Part shown: one piece after another, positions 28,100-37,755 of the stretch | Numbering within the stretch: position 1 is the first letter of the stretch | Layout: the number at the start of each line of letters is the position of its first letter | Source: Escherichia phage ECML-4 | Direction: 5' to 3' (one strand) | DNA: 64,000 bases | Sequence record: JX128257 | The notes under the pieces: generated by a model | What the model was told of the DNA's origin: nothing | The model's input: the letters and a program-made list of their open reading frames with translations, nothing else | Database searches by the model: none | Made by a program: the position numbers and the translations under genes

Positions 28100-29605
28100 A
28101 TGTCAGAAATTCAAATAATCAAAGTTAACGAAGTGCGCATGCGAATCTTGGCGGAAGACTATATCCGCGAAGAACTCAATGATTACTTCAAATTTGAAGA
28201 TCCTAATTTCCAACCGAATCCCTTCAGTAAATGGGATGGCGTGGTACGCTTGTTCACAAAGAGTTCTGGCCTTATAGACATCGGTCTGTTGTTTGAGGTG
28301 TTTAAGTTCTGTAAGATGAATGGTTACACCATCAAATTAGATCCCGCCTTAAAATATATCCAAGATATACCAGACGAAGAGATACATACATTTATCAATT
28401 CCCTGAACGCTGTTTACCGTGATGAAAACAAGCAATACCAAATCGCAACAGTGCGCGACTATCAATTCGACTCAGTGGCCACAGCAATACGCCAATCCAG
28501 ATGCGTGCTAGAAGCGGCTACGAGCGCGGGTAAATCGTTTATTTTGTACATCATGGCGCGTTACTACAGGCAACGCAGAGAGGCACTGGAAAGCAATCTC
28601 AAGACGTTGATCGTTGTACCTTCCATTCACTTGGTGACTCAGTTGTATGACAACTTTGAGGAATACAGCCATGGCACAAATTGGAATACCATGATGAATG
28701 TCCAGATGATATGTGAAGGTGCAACAAAGGATATATTCAAGCCCATAGTCATTTCCACTTGGCAGGGTATTCAGAATCAGCCCAAAGAATGGTTCCATCA
28801 ATTTGGGGATATTGTTGTCGACGAAGTGCACACATCTAAATCTGAAAAGCTATCTTATATCCTGAACAACTGCATTAATGCTGACCAAAGATTGGGAGTA
28901 ACCGGAACCCTCGCGAATACAAAGGTTGCAGGGTTGCAGGTCGTTGCCCATTTTGGAGCATACCATAAAATTATTACAGCACGTGATTTAATAAATCTTG
29001 GTTATGCCGCAGATATCCATGTCAACATGATTGAAGTCATACATCCCATGGCGGATTGTATAGAAATGCATGGTGCTGAGTACCAAAAGGAAATAGAATT
29101 CCTCATAGCGAATGAACGTCGAAACGAGTTAATAGCCAGAATGGCATTGTCTTTGAAAGGTAACGTGGCCGTTATGTTCGAACGCATTGACGCCCATATG
29201 ATGATTGTTTATGAAATGCTTTCAGCCGTTAAGAAAAACGTATTTGTCATTAACGGCGAAGTTAAGACAGAAGTTCGTAAACAAATTCAGGCAGCGATGG
29301 AAGAGGGCGAAGATATAACACTGCTGGCATCTTATGGGACCATGCAACAGGGAGTGTCGATCAAAAAACTTCATCATTTGATATTGGCACACCCGAGTAA
29401 ATCCTATATTCGTGTCATACAGACTTTAGGGCGTCTCATGCGCCAGCACTCTTCAAAGGATGTCGCCAAGATCTGGGATTTAGTAGACAACTTGCGTTAC
29501 AAAGGATTTTCGTACAACCATGCCCTCAGACATTCGCATGAGAGATATAAATTTTATCTTATGGAGCGACACCCTGTACAAATGAAGAAAGTGTCGCTCC
29601 AGTAA
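28100..29605 (+). CDS. uvsW: UvsW SF2 DNA helicase
   Basis: N-terminal domain, Walker A (ATSAGKSF) and DExH box (IVVDEVH) align with T4 UvsW. Confidence 0.8.
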   Translation: MSEIQIIKVNEVRMRILAEDYIREELNDYFKFEDPNFQPNPFSKWDGVVRLFTKSSGLIDIGLLFEVFKFCKMNGYTIKLDPALKYIQDIPDEEIHTFINSLNAVYRDENKQYQIATVRDYQFDSVATAIRQSRCVLEAATSAGKSFILYIMARYYRQRREALESNLKTLIVVPSIHLVTQLYDNFEEYSHGTNWNTMMNVQMICEGATKDIFKPIVISTWQGIQNQPKEWFHQFGDIVVDEVHTSKSEKLSYILNNCINADQRLGVTGTLANTKVAGLQVVAHFGAYHKIITARDLINLGYAADIHVNMIEVIHPMADCIEMHGAEYQKEIEFLIANERRNELIARMALSLKGNVAVMFERIDAHMMIVYEMLSAVKKNVFVINGEVKTEVRKQIQAAMEEGEDITLLASYGTMQQGVSIKKLHHLILAHPSKSYIRVIQTLGRLMRQHSSKDVAKIWDLVDNLRYKGFSYNHALRHSHERYKFYLMERHPVQMKKVSLQ

Positions 29606-29606
29606 T

Positions 29607-29984
29607 TCATTTATCTTGATTCACATAGGCGGGGGTTGCCTCGCCGTCTTTGTTAGAACCGAACAAACAACCCATCGTGTTGATGCATTGTTGTAGAACT
29701 TCCGGCTCAAGAATCTGACTCATCAGTTCTTCATTAGATTCCATCAGCGGGATGACTTTCACTTCCCGCGCCTGTCCTTGTTGGATAATGCCGATATACA
29801 GACCTTTGGTGTCTGGCAGTAACGGGATCACCATCATTGGTGTCACAACAAACTTAGAAGTGCGATAGAGGCTGTGTAAGTAAACACCTTTCAATGTCGG
29901 TTGTTCTTCTGCCAACATTGAAGACATTGAAAGGTTGGATTCTTGAACTTCCCCCACTGCATATAAACCCACGAATTGTTTCAT
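29607..29984 (-). CDS. Hypothetical protein (125 aa) on the minus strand
   Basis: ORF diverging from the AT-rich intergenic region; no motif recognised. Confidence 0.35.
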   Translation of the reverse strand: MKQFVGLYAVGEVQESNLSMSSMLAEEQPTLKGVYLHSLYRTSKFVVTPMMVIPLLPDTKGLYIGIIQQGQAREVKVIPLMESNEELMSQILEPEVLQQCINTMGCLFGSNKDGEATPAYVNQDK

Positions 29985-30320
29985 ATATCACTCTCTTGTT
30001 AGTAAACATAACTACATAATAATCTCATGCTGTGTTTAGACCAAATAAATTATTTTGCTAGTTGAATAAAAATCGCTTTCTTGTTGAACAATCCGTGCGT
30101 AATATACGAGTTGTGAGCTTTGCGAGCAACGAGTATTATCACGAGCGAAGCGAGTAGACTGATAAAGAAAGGTTTTATTAAAACAGAATATTATAAATGC
30201 CGTCAGGCATTTATTTATCGCGCGTAGGGCATTTTAACACTTGTTCTATAACTGCAAACACGCGATACTAATTTGCGTCAAACATGACTTGAACCCCACT
30301 ATATTTTGAGGATATAAACA
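29985..30320. promoter_or_regulatory. AT-rich 335-bp divergent intergenic control region
   Basis: Longest non-coding stretch in the window; perfect hairpin AAATGCC-gtca-GGCATTT, short GCGAG direct repeats, TATAAAT-like element; lies between a minus-strand gene and gp45. Confidence 0.4.
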
Positions 30321-30989
30321 ATGCAAGAGATCACTCTCTCTGAACGCACTTTACAACTGCTGGCCAACTTTGAAACCATTTGCCCTTCTATCGTTCTGGC
30401 ACCTGGTAAAAAGCTGCGCACTGTTAACGACTCCAGCACCGTCATCGCTATCGCTGGCATCGACGAAGACTTCCCGTTTGAATTCCCTATTTTGGACCTG
30501 ACCAAACTTCTGGCCATTCAGCGTCTGCCTAGTTTCAAAGGCGGTAAAATCGAAATGTCGGAAGATCATATTTTACTGAAAGGTGAAAACTCGCAGCTGC
30601 AATTCTGGCGCTCAGCAAAAGAATTGACTGTCGTTCCTGCCGACAGCATTGATCTCCCGTCCGTTGAATTCGAAGCGACGGTCACTCCTGAAAAAATGAA
30701 AGAGCTGACCCGCGCCTGTTCTACTCTGGGACACAAAACTGTTCGTCTGGTTGCCAGCGGCGGTAAAACCCGTCTGGTCGGTACGACTACGACTATCGAT
30801 AATTCCAACGATTACACCGTTGAATTGGGTGAAACTGCTCTGGCTGATTTCGCTATGCCTGTCGACGTTGTTAACCTGAAAATGATCGAAGGTAACTATG
30901 TGATCCGCGCCTGTGCTGAAATGCAGCTTGTTAACTTCCAGTCGGCTGACGGCACCATCAACTACTACGTTGGCATGCAGCTGGATTAA
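30321..30989 (+). CDS. 45: Sliding clamp gp45
   Basis: LLANFETICPSIVLAPG and QFWRSAKELTVVPA align with T4 gp45 LLKNFATINSGIMLKSG and IFWPAADPSTVVAP. Confidence 0.85.
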   Translation: MQEITLSERTLQLLANFETICPSIVLAPGKKLRTVNDSSTVIAIAGIDEDFPFEFPILDLTKLLAIQRLPSFKGGKIEMSEDHILLKGENSQLQFWRSAKELTVVPADSIDLPSVEFEATVTPEKMKELTRACSTLGHKTVRLVASGGKTRLVGTTTTIDNSNDYTVELGETALADFAMPVDVVNLKMIEGNYVIRACAEMQLVNFQSADGTINYYVGMQLD

Positions 30990-31069
30990 TCAATATCGCT
31001 TCGGCGCTTTATTATCGGTGGCGGGGTTATTATCCCGCCCTTTGAAATGTTTTATCTAAAGAGGCTGCA

Positions 31070-32059
31070 ATGTCCAACATTACTATCGTTACAGACCAAT
31101 ACGCGTGGGAAAACAAATATCGTCCTGATAATTTAGATGAGATCGTTCTCCCCTCAGACGTCCGTGCCAAGATCCATGGTTATGTTACCTCTGGCAACGG
31201 AAACATCCCCTCTATGCTGTTCTACTCCCCTCAGCCTGGTACGGGTAAAACTACTTCTGCTCTGGCCGTGTGCAATGAAATCGGTTGTGTGAAACCTCTG
31301 ATGATCAACGCATCGCTTGACAACAGCATTGATGTGATTCGCGATCGTGTTATTCAATATGCTACTGGCGTCAGCGTTTTCGGTGGTCGGAAAGTCGTCA
31401 TCCTCGACGAAGTTGAGCGTCTTTCTATGGCGGCTCAGGAATCATTGAAAGGTATCGTGGAAAAGGTTTCCAAGAACTGCTCGTTTATCCTGACTACCAA
31501 CGCCAAACAGCGTGTCAATGAGCCTCTGCGTTCTCGTTGCCGTGAAATTGATTTCATCTGGTCCGAAAAAGAAGCCGACGAAGTTAAACTTCAATTTATG
31601 CGTCGTTGTGCCACTATCCTGACAGAAGAAGGCATTCCATACGAAGCTGGTGTTATTGCGTCGATTGTCAAGTCGTATTTCCCCGACAACCGTAAGATTA
31701 TGGGCACCCTTCAGGATAATGCCACCACGTTTGGTAAAATCGATGAACGTGCTTTAGCTCAGGTAAAAGCGGGTGAATTCCAGGCGTTGGTCGATTTCTT
31801 AAAGACCAATGATTGGGCTGGTATGAAGCAATGGGTGACCGACAACCAAAACTACATCACAGAGGACTTCTACTCTCGTTTCTTCCATTTCTGTGTTCCG
31901 CAGAACAAAGAGAAGAATCCTTTGATCCAGAACGAATCTATCCCAGATTTGGTCTGTGTTTGTGGTCAGTCACAGATTGAACATCGTTCAGTTGGAGACG
32001 TCTGGTTACACGGCGTTTACTTCCTGACCAACGTCATGCTCAACATCAAGTGGAAGTGA
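31070..32059 (+). CDS. 44: Clamp loader large subunit gp44 (AAA+)
   Basis: Walker A SPQPGTGKTT, Walker B VVILDEVE and sensor motif SRCREI align with T4 gp44. Confidence 0.85.
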   Translation: MSNITIVTDQYAWENKYRPDNLDEIVLPSDVRAKIHGYVTSGNGNIPSMLFYSPQPGTGKTTSALAVCNEIGCVKPLMINASLDNSIDVIRDRVIQYATGVSVFGGRKVVILDEVERLSMAAQESLKGIVEKVSKNCSFILTTNAKQRVNEPLRSRCREIDFIWSEKEADEVKLQFMRRCATILTEEGIPYEAGVIASIVKSYFPDNRKIMGTLQDNATTFGKIDERALAQVKAGEFQALVDFLKTNDWAGMKQWVTDNQNYITEDFYSRFFHFCVPQNKEKNPLIQNESIPDLVCVCGQSQIEHRSVGDVWLHGVYFLTNVMLNIKWK

Positions 32060-32063
32060 TATT

Positions 32064-32486
32064 ATGGCCGCTCCGTCACTGTTCGATTACCTGGGTGCTC
32101 TGAACAGCACCAAAGAGAATCTGTTGTTGACCGAAGACCCCGAAATCAGAAAGGCTTTTGATCCTTTCATGACTCGGCGCGGCCTTGCTCAGAGTAAAGA
32201 CACGTTGGTGGTTGCAGAACGAATGAACCGCTTCCATGCCATTACTCCTTGGATGCAATGGAACCTTGCGTTTCATAGTATTCCAGCAAAACGCCGTTAT
32301 GACAAATGGTCTAAGAAAGGAGCCATGGACCCTGATGTAAAATTGATTTCTGAGTATTACTACATCAGTCCTGAAAAGGCTTCTGAGTATGTTCGATTCC
32401 TGCCGAAAGAAGTCCTGGCTGAAATCAAGGCGAAGGTCGAACGTTCCAACAGCAACGAAAAAGCTAAACCGCGCAAGGCTAAGTAA
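32064..32486 (+). CDS. 62: Clamp loader small subunit gp62
   Basis: Small ORF directly after gp44 and before regA, as in T4. Confidence 0.6.
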   Translation: MAAPSLFDYLGALNSTKENLLLTEDPEIRKAFDPFMTRRGLAQSKDTLVVAERMNRFHAITPWMQWNLAFHSIPAKRRYDKWSKKGAMDPDVKLISEYYYISPEKASEYVRFLPKEVLAEIKAKVERSNSNEKAKPRKAK

Positions 32487-32515
32487 TTCAAATTATTGTT
32501 AAAGGGGTACGAGTC

Positions 32516-32980
32516 ATGGCGCGTAATACGCTGGACATCTTGAAACTTTCAGCTGTTAACGATGAGGCCAGCATCGTTGATTGTATGGTTGAAGTTCAAT
32601 TGAACCAAGATAAACCAGGAATTTTCCTGGGTATCAAGGAAACGCTGAGCCGCATCGGGGTGAACACTCGTCAAGAGCCGAATACCCTGTACCAAACATG
32701 TCATATTCTGCATAAATTTGGCAGATATCACATCGTGCACTTCAAGCATCTTTTCATGCTGGATGGGCATTACAACGGCTTTACGCGTGAAGATGTCCTG
32801 CGTATGAATCGGATTATTCGGCTTTTGGAGCAGTGGAATATGGTTAAAATACTGCATCCGGAACAGATTACCGAAGTTGCTGATATGTCTCGAATCAAAG
32901 TTGTAAAACATGACCAAGTTTCTGATTGGAAACTGGTTCCAAAATATACCATCCGCCCGAGTCGGGCGAAAAGCGAATAA
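32516..32980 (+). CDS. regA: Translational repressor RegA
   Basis: IKETLSRIGV...LYQTCHILHKFGRYHIVHFKHLFMLDG...WKLVPKYTI aligns with T4 RegA; similarity starts at Met-24 (nt 32585), so the true start may be 32585. Confidence 0.75.
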   Translation: MARNTLDILKLSAVNDEASIVDCMVEVQLNQDKPGIFLGIKETLSRIGVNTRQEPNTLYQTCHILHKFGRYHIVHFKHLFMLDGHYNGFTREDVLRMNRIIRLLEQWNMVKILHPEQITEVADMSRIKVVKHDQVSDWKLVPKYTIRPSRAKSE

Positions 32981-32996
32981 CTGGAGTCGCTATATT

Positions 32997-33860
32997 ATGA
33001 CAACTACATTTAATAAAAACGTGAGACTGAATCTGGCTTTTGGTAATGCTGTAGGGGACGTGACCAACCCCGACTTTAGCAAAATTCGCAATCAGGCAAA
33101 ACTCGTGCTGGAAGAGACCCGCGAACTTCTGGAAGCGGCTTATTACGATCATCAAGTGGTTCTAACATTAGAATTGAATCCTCGAGAAAGCGAGACGCCG
33201 ACCACTACCGAAGATCTGATGAAAGCCATCATGGACGCGCAGGGTGATATCACTACTGTTAACGACGGTGTGGCCCATATCGCGGGTTTCAATGGCGATG
33301 AGTGTTTACAGCGCGTGTTTGCTTCCAACATGAGCAAGTTTATCCGCTCTGAAGATGAAGTCGGTCCGGCTCTGGACTATTACTATTCTCGCGGTTTCCC
33401 TGATGGGCAATTGCGTGTGGAAGGCGAATTCCCTCAGGCATGTATTAAAGTTAATGAAACTGTCGTTTGGAATGGTAAAGAATATCCTAAAGGGAAATTC
33501 CTTAAAAACATGGCCGTTTTCCAAGAGCCTGATTTTTCTGACATGCTGACCAAAACTCCTTCCCGTCAGATCAACGATATCGTTGCCAGCATGGCGATTG
33601 AAGAAGGTCAGGTGTTTATCGATGATCTCAATGGCGTGGCGTTGGTATCCCCGAACACATTGGGTGTAATCCTTTCCATGGCTGTTGAAAAAACTTCTCA
33701 ACCTGTAGAGATCGACGGGCAAATCGAAAGTTATGTGCCAGCGTTCATCGTGGATGACACCAATATGCCTAAGCTGTGTGGGGTGTGGGGTTCTAATGTT
33801 CGTGTTTATGCGAGCACTCCAGTGCAGAACACGGTAACACACCTCTCCCGTATCGATTAA
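32997..33860 (+). CDS. MazG-like NTP pyrophosphohydrolase-like domain protein with C-terminal extension
   Basis: N-terminal LVLEETRELLEA...EDLMKAIMDA resembles the EExxE/ExxD metal-binding helices of MazG/dCTPase-type all-alpha NTP-PPases; the C-terminal 180 aa are unassigned. Confidence 0.35.
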   Translation: MTTTFNKNVRLNLAFGNAVGDVTNPDFSKIRNQAKLVLEETRELLEAAYYDHQVVLTLELNPRESETPTTTEDLMKAIMDAQGDITTVNDGVAHIAGFNGDECLQRVFASNMSKFIRSEDEVGPALDYYYSRGFPDGQLRVEGEFPQACIKVNETVVWNGKEYPKGKFLKNMAVFQEPDFSDMLTKTPSRQINDIVASMAIEEGQVFIDDLNGVALVSPNTLGVILSMAVEKTSQPVEIDGQIESYVPAFIVDDTNMPKLCGVWGSNVRVYASTPVQNTVTHLSRID

Positions 33861-33929
33861 TATAAACCGTTATTCATTAAACAACAGAGGCTATAATGGC
33901 CTCTGTTTTTGTATTCTAGAGAGGATACC

Positions 33930-35153
33930 ATGAAAGATAAACCGTGTGACATTCCTTATTGCGGTGTTCGGGAAACCAAAATTAAATCTGCACACCCCAC
34001 GTTAAGTCCATTCCATAAACAACTCGCATACGAATGGATGAGCGAGCGCTATAAGATCCACGTGAGAAAGGACGTCCAACGTCTTCCTGCTCCTTGGACG
34101 GATAATCCCATACTACGGCAGGTCAAGTTCTGTAACGTCCGGAGAGAGCACGACAGGCAGTCTCTTAACCTGATCAACAATATCGTCAAGAACGATGCTC
34201 TGGGCATTGCCGACAAGATGTTCAACTGTGTTCTGTTCCGCATGTTCAACCTCTGGGACCCGATCAAGGCTATCGGTGACGCTCGTACTATCAAAGAGTT
34301 CGCAAACATCGATCTTGATGCAACCCGCAAAAGTCTTCAGGAATTTGAGGCCAACGGTGGTAAGATCTTCACCAATGCCTTCAACACAGGCGGTCTAAAG
34401 CAGTGTCTGGCGTTCCCCGAACTCGTTGTCAACCACAAGGAGCAGCGCTTTGGTGGTATGATGGTTAAGGTACACCGTGTTGGCCAGGGTATCGTTGATG
34501 AATTGGATTACAAGGTCGCCAAGAAGCTGGTTGAAGAAAATCCTGGGGAGTACACGATCGAGGGCTGGGAGCCGTACATGCCGATGCGTGTTATCCGTTC
34601 CCTGAAGGCATTTGTCAACAAGTATCCTGATTATTTCAATGATCTTTTACGTCTTGACTCTCCGCTGAAAGTTTACCAGCGCATGTATGACGACATTGAA
34701 GGGCTTGGGCCATTCCTGGCATATCAGATATGGGTGGACTTCACATACATCCCTGAGTATCCATTCAGTGAGAATCACTTCACCATCGCTGGCCCAGGTT
34801 GCCGTGCGGGTATTGACCTGATGTTCCTGGATAAGGACGGTATGACTCATGAAGAGTGCATCTTCTGGGTTCGAGATCACCAGTATCAATTGTTTGCCCA
34901 GTATGGTTATGTCCAAGAGCAGTTCTGGTCAGCCGAAGCGCCGGAAGATCAGTGCATGAATGTCATGCAGCTGGAGAACATGTTCTGTGAATTGAGCAAG
35001 TACACCCGCTGTGTTGAGGCTATTGAGAGAGGGGAAAAGCCACGCGGCAAGGTAGGTTACGATGGAGGCGGAGAATACAAAAAGCGGTGCGATGAAGTTG
35101 TCCTCAAACGCGGTTCCGTCAATTTGTTAGATCGTTTGAAGAAACCTGAATAA
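33930..35153 (+). CDS. Conserved hypothetical enzyme-sized protein (408 aa)
   Basis: GAGAGGA site then ATG; no P-loop or other canonical motif recognised; adjacent to the MazG-like gene. Confidence 0.4.
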   Translation: MKDKPCDIPYCGVRETKIKSAHPTLSPFHKQLAYEWMSERYKIHVRKDVQRLPAPWTDNPILRQVKFCNVRREHDRQSLNLINNIVKNDALGIADKMFNCVLFRMFNLWDPIKAIGDARTIKEFANIDLDATRKSLQEFEANGGKIFTNAFNTGGLKQCLAFPELVVNHKEQRFGGMMVKVHRVGQGIVDELDYKVAKKLVEENPGEYTIEGWEPYMPMRVIRSLKAFVNKYPDYFNDLLRLDSPLKVYQRMYDDIEGLGPFLAYQIWVDFTYIPEYPFSENHFTIAGPGCRAGIDLMFLDKDGMTHEECIFWVRDHQYQLFAQYGYVQEQFWSAEAPEDQCMNVMQLENMFCELSKYTRCVEAIERGEKPRGKVGYDGGGEYKKRCDEVVLKRGSVNLLDRLKKPE

Positions 35154-35265
35154 AGAATCGCTTTACTTCATTCTTCAATAACCCCATTTCAACGTATATT
35201 GACCTCACTTTAACGACGCGCCCATTTAGGGCGCTCAATTTGAACTGAAACAGGAAGACTATACC

Positions 35266-37287
35266 ATGGCAGAATTCAAACCTTTCGCAACGGCTGTTAA
35301 TGATAACGTGCTGGCGATGTCCGCAACTGGTCTGTTTATGACCAACGTTGATAAAGATGCTCTGTGGGATTTGTATTTGGCATCCTTCCCAGCTGGTACC
35401 AACCCGATGTACCGCGAACGCACTGAACACGACTGCACCTGCTGTAAACAATTCATCCGTAATATCGGCGGCGTCGTGACTATCGATGCTGACCTGAACG
35501 TTATCTCGATTTGGGACAACATTGAGCTGGGTAACGAATACGACGTGGTGGCTGCGGCGCTGTCGACCTTCGTTAAACAACACGCAATCGTCGACGTGTA
35601 TTTCAACGATTCTGCTAAAGTCGGCCTGTCTCATAACCACGAATCTGGTGAAGACGGCAAAATCCGCACGTATAACCATTTCCACACCGAACTGCTCGGC
35701 AGCTATGTCCTGCGTTCTGATGCTATTGCATCTAAAAAAGGTGAAATCCGACAGGCTATCGAATTATTTGAACGCGGTCTGCGTGAAATTACTCTGGAAT
35801 CAGCAGAAATCGTTCTGGAATTGATTGATCAGAATTCTTTGTATCGCGGCGCTGAACATAAAGCTGCGGTGATGGGCTTCGTAGTAGCCAAGACGGCATA
35901 TGAAGAAATCCCAGAATCTAACCGTTCTCTGTGGGCATGGCGCACTGGTTATCGTTCAAACAATCATGTTCCACATGGCATTCGCAACACCGTTATCGGT
36001 ACTCTGTTGACTGATATCAGTGAAGGCGTGGAACTGGAAAAGGCCGTTAAGTCGTTTGAAACCAAAGTTGCCCCAGCGAACTACAAACGCCCGACGGCTC
36101 TGGTCTCCAAGTCCATGATCGAAAACGCTCAGAAAGAAGTGATTGCTCTCGGTCTGGAAGATTCGCTGGCGCGTCGTTATGCAGTTTATGACGACCTGAC
36201 GATCAATAACGTTCTGTTTGCAGACCTGGCTGCTCAAAAAGCGATGGATCCATTCGCTCAACTGGCCGCCGAAGTGAAAACGCCGACCAAGTCGCTGGAT
36301 AAAGTTGAAGAGATTGGCATTGACGACTTCCTGAGCAATATCCTGCCGAAAGCGCATTCAATGGAAGTGCTGGTTGAAAACTCGCATACTGGCAACCTTA
36401 TGTCTCTGGTCGCTCCGGCTATTGCAGGTGCTCCTAACCTTTTCAAATGGGGCAACGGTTTCTCATGGTCATACAACGGCGAAGTGGCCGACTCCATCAA
36501 AGAGCGTGTGAAAGCGGCTGGCGGTAAAGTCGACGGGTTCCTCCGTGTATCCCTGGCTTGGCACAACAACGATGACCTCGATCTGCATATGTTCTTTAAC
36601 GATATGGAACATGTGTACTTCCGCGATCGTCGTTCAATGACTGGTGCTCATCTCGATATCGACATGAACGGTATGGACGGCATCGACCCGAACCGCTCTC
36701 CGGTAGAAAACATCATCTTCACTGATGAAAGAAAGCTGCGTGACGGTGAATATCGTTTTGAGATTCACAACTACAACCAACGTGAAAAGATCGACGAAGG
36801 GTTTGAAATTGAAGTTGAATACAAAGGCGCTACGCAACGTTTTAGCCACAATGGGTTAAAAGACCAGGGGCGCATCACTGCCGTCGTTCTGACTGTTAAA
36901 GACAAACAAGTCGTTAGCATCAAGTCTGAGCTGGCGAATGTTGATAAATCCAAAGAAATTTGGGGCATTAAGACAGCGACCTTCCAGAAGGTACAGTTGG
37001 TCCTGAACTCACCAAACCATTGGGATGGTGAACAAACTGGCAACAAGCACGTCTTCTTCATCTTGGAAGGTTGTGCGAATCCTGAAGGTACTCGTGGTTT
37101 CTACAATGAATATCTGAAGCCGGAACTGGATAAACATCGTAAGGTTTTTGAAATGTTGGGTAGTAAAATGAAAGTACAACCCAACGAAAACCAACTGTCT
37201 GGTTTGGGGTTCTCGACAACGCAACGCAACCATGTGTTCGTCAAAGTATCCGGCGCGTTTAACCGTACTGTAAAAGTCATTTTCTAA
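35266..37287 (+). CDS. Large hypothetical protein (673 aa), possibly multi-domain
   Basis: AGGAAGACTATACCATG initiation context; Cys cluster HDCTCC near the N-terminus; no Walker motif; function unknown. Confidence 0.4.
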   Translation: MAEFKPFATAVNDNVLAMSATGLFMTNVDKDALWDLYLASFPAGTNPMYRERTEHDCTCCKQFIRNIGGVVTIDADLNVISIWDNIELGNEYDVVAAALSTFVKQHAIVDVYFNDSAKVGLSHNHESGEDGKIRTYNHFHTELLGSYVLRSDAIASKKGEIRQAIELFERGLREITLESAEIVLELIDQNSLYRGAEHKAAVMGFVVAKTAYEEIPESNRSLWAWRTGYRSNNHVPHGIRNTVIGTLLTDISEGVELEKAVKSFETKVAPANYKRPTALVSKSMIENAQKEVIALGLEDSLARRYAVYDDLTINNVLFADLAAQKAMDPFAQLAAEVKTPTKSLDKVEEIGIDDFLSNILPKAHSMEVLVENSHTGNLMSLVAPAIAGAPNLFKWGNGFSWSYNGEVADSIKERVKAAGGKVDGFLRVSLAWHNNDDLDLHMFFNDMEHVYFRDRRSMTGAHLDIDMNGMDGIDPNRSPVENIIFTDERKLRDGEYRFEIHNYNQREKIDEGFEIEVEYKGATQRFSHNGLKDQGRITAVVLTVKDKQVVSIKSELANVDKSKEIWGIKTATFQKVQLVLNSPNHWDGEQTGNKHVFFILEGCANPEGTRGFYNEYLKPELDKHRKVFEMLGSKMKVQPNENQLSGLGFSTTQRNHVFVKVSGAFNRTVKVIF

Positions 37288-37324
37288 TTGATTTGACAAC
37301 AACTTCGTAATAAGGAACAAAGAA

Positions 37325-37696
37325 ATGTTTGATCAAGCAACCCGTTTAAAACTGCGTTTTAACTCTAACAAAGGTCTGCTGTCTGTTGAGCAGGTTTGGG
37401 ATCTGAATCTGAACGCACTGAACGAGCTGGCGAAAGATCTGAGCCGTCAGGTGAAAGAAGCAGCCAGCGATGAAGAAGACTTCATCGGTGTGAAAAGCGC
37501 GGTCGATTCTCAGTTACAACTGCGGTTCGATATCGTGAAAGCGATCATCGGTGTTAAACTGAAAGAACGCGATGAAAGCGCGACCGCAGCAGAGCGTAAA
37601 GCGAACAACCAGGCGATCATGGAACTGATCCAGCGTAAGAAACAACAGGAACTGGAAGGTCTGTCTGTTGAAGAACTGGAAAAACTCCTGAAATAA
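37325..37696 (+). CDS. Acidic coiled-coil protein (123 aa)
   Basis: AAGGAA site; heptad-rich, Glu/Lys-rich; terminator follows. Confidence 0.4.
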   Translation: MFDQATRLKLRFNSNKGLLSVEQVWDLNLNALNELAKDLSRQVKEAASDEEDFIGVKSAVDSQLQLRFDIVKAIIGVKLKERDESATAAERKANNQAIMELIQRKKQQELEGLSVEELEKLLK

Positions 37697-37716
37697 TCTG
37701 ACGGCTCCGGCCTGAG

Positions 37717-37746
37717 AAACCCCGCCGTGTGCGGGGTTTCTTTTGG
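37717..37746 (+). terminator. Rho-independent terminator (CCCCGC-cgtgt-GCGGGG then TTTCTTTT)
   Basis: Near-identical to the terminator after gp23 (one loop base differs). Confidence 0.75.
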
Positions 37747-37755
37747 ACAAAAATC

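Noticed and set aside
32516-32584. N-terminal 23 codons of the regA ORF as part of the protein
   Set aside because: Similarity to T4 RegA begins at Met-24 (nt 32585), so the extension may not be translated; not rejected outright because the upstream ATG has the better ribosome-binding site, and the longer ORF is kept in the feature list with this caveat.
35161-35200. Fourth copy of the early promoter module (CTTTAC...TTCAATAAC) upstream of the 673-aa gene
   Set aside because: The -35-like element is present, but no acceptable -10 hexamer lies at 16-18 bp spacing (only a TATATT with a poor -35), so it was not annotated as a promoter.
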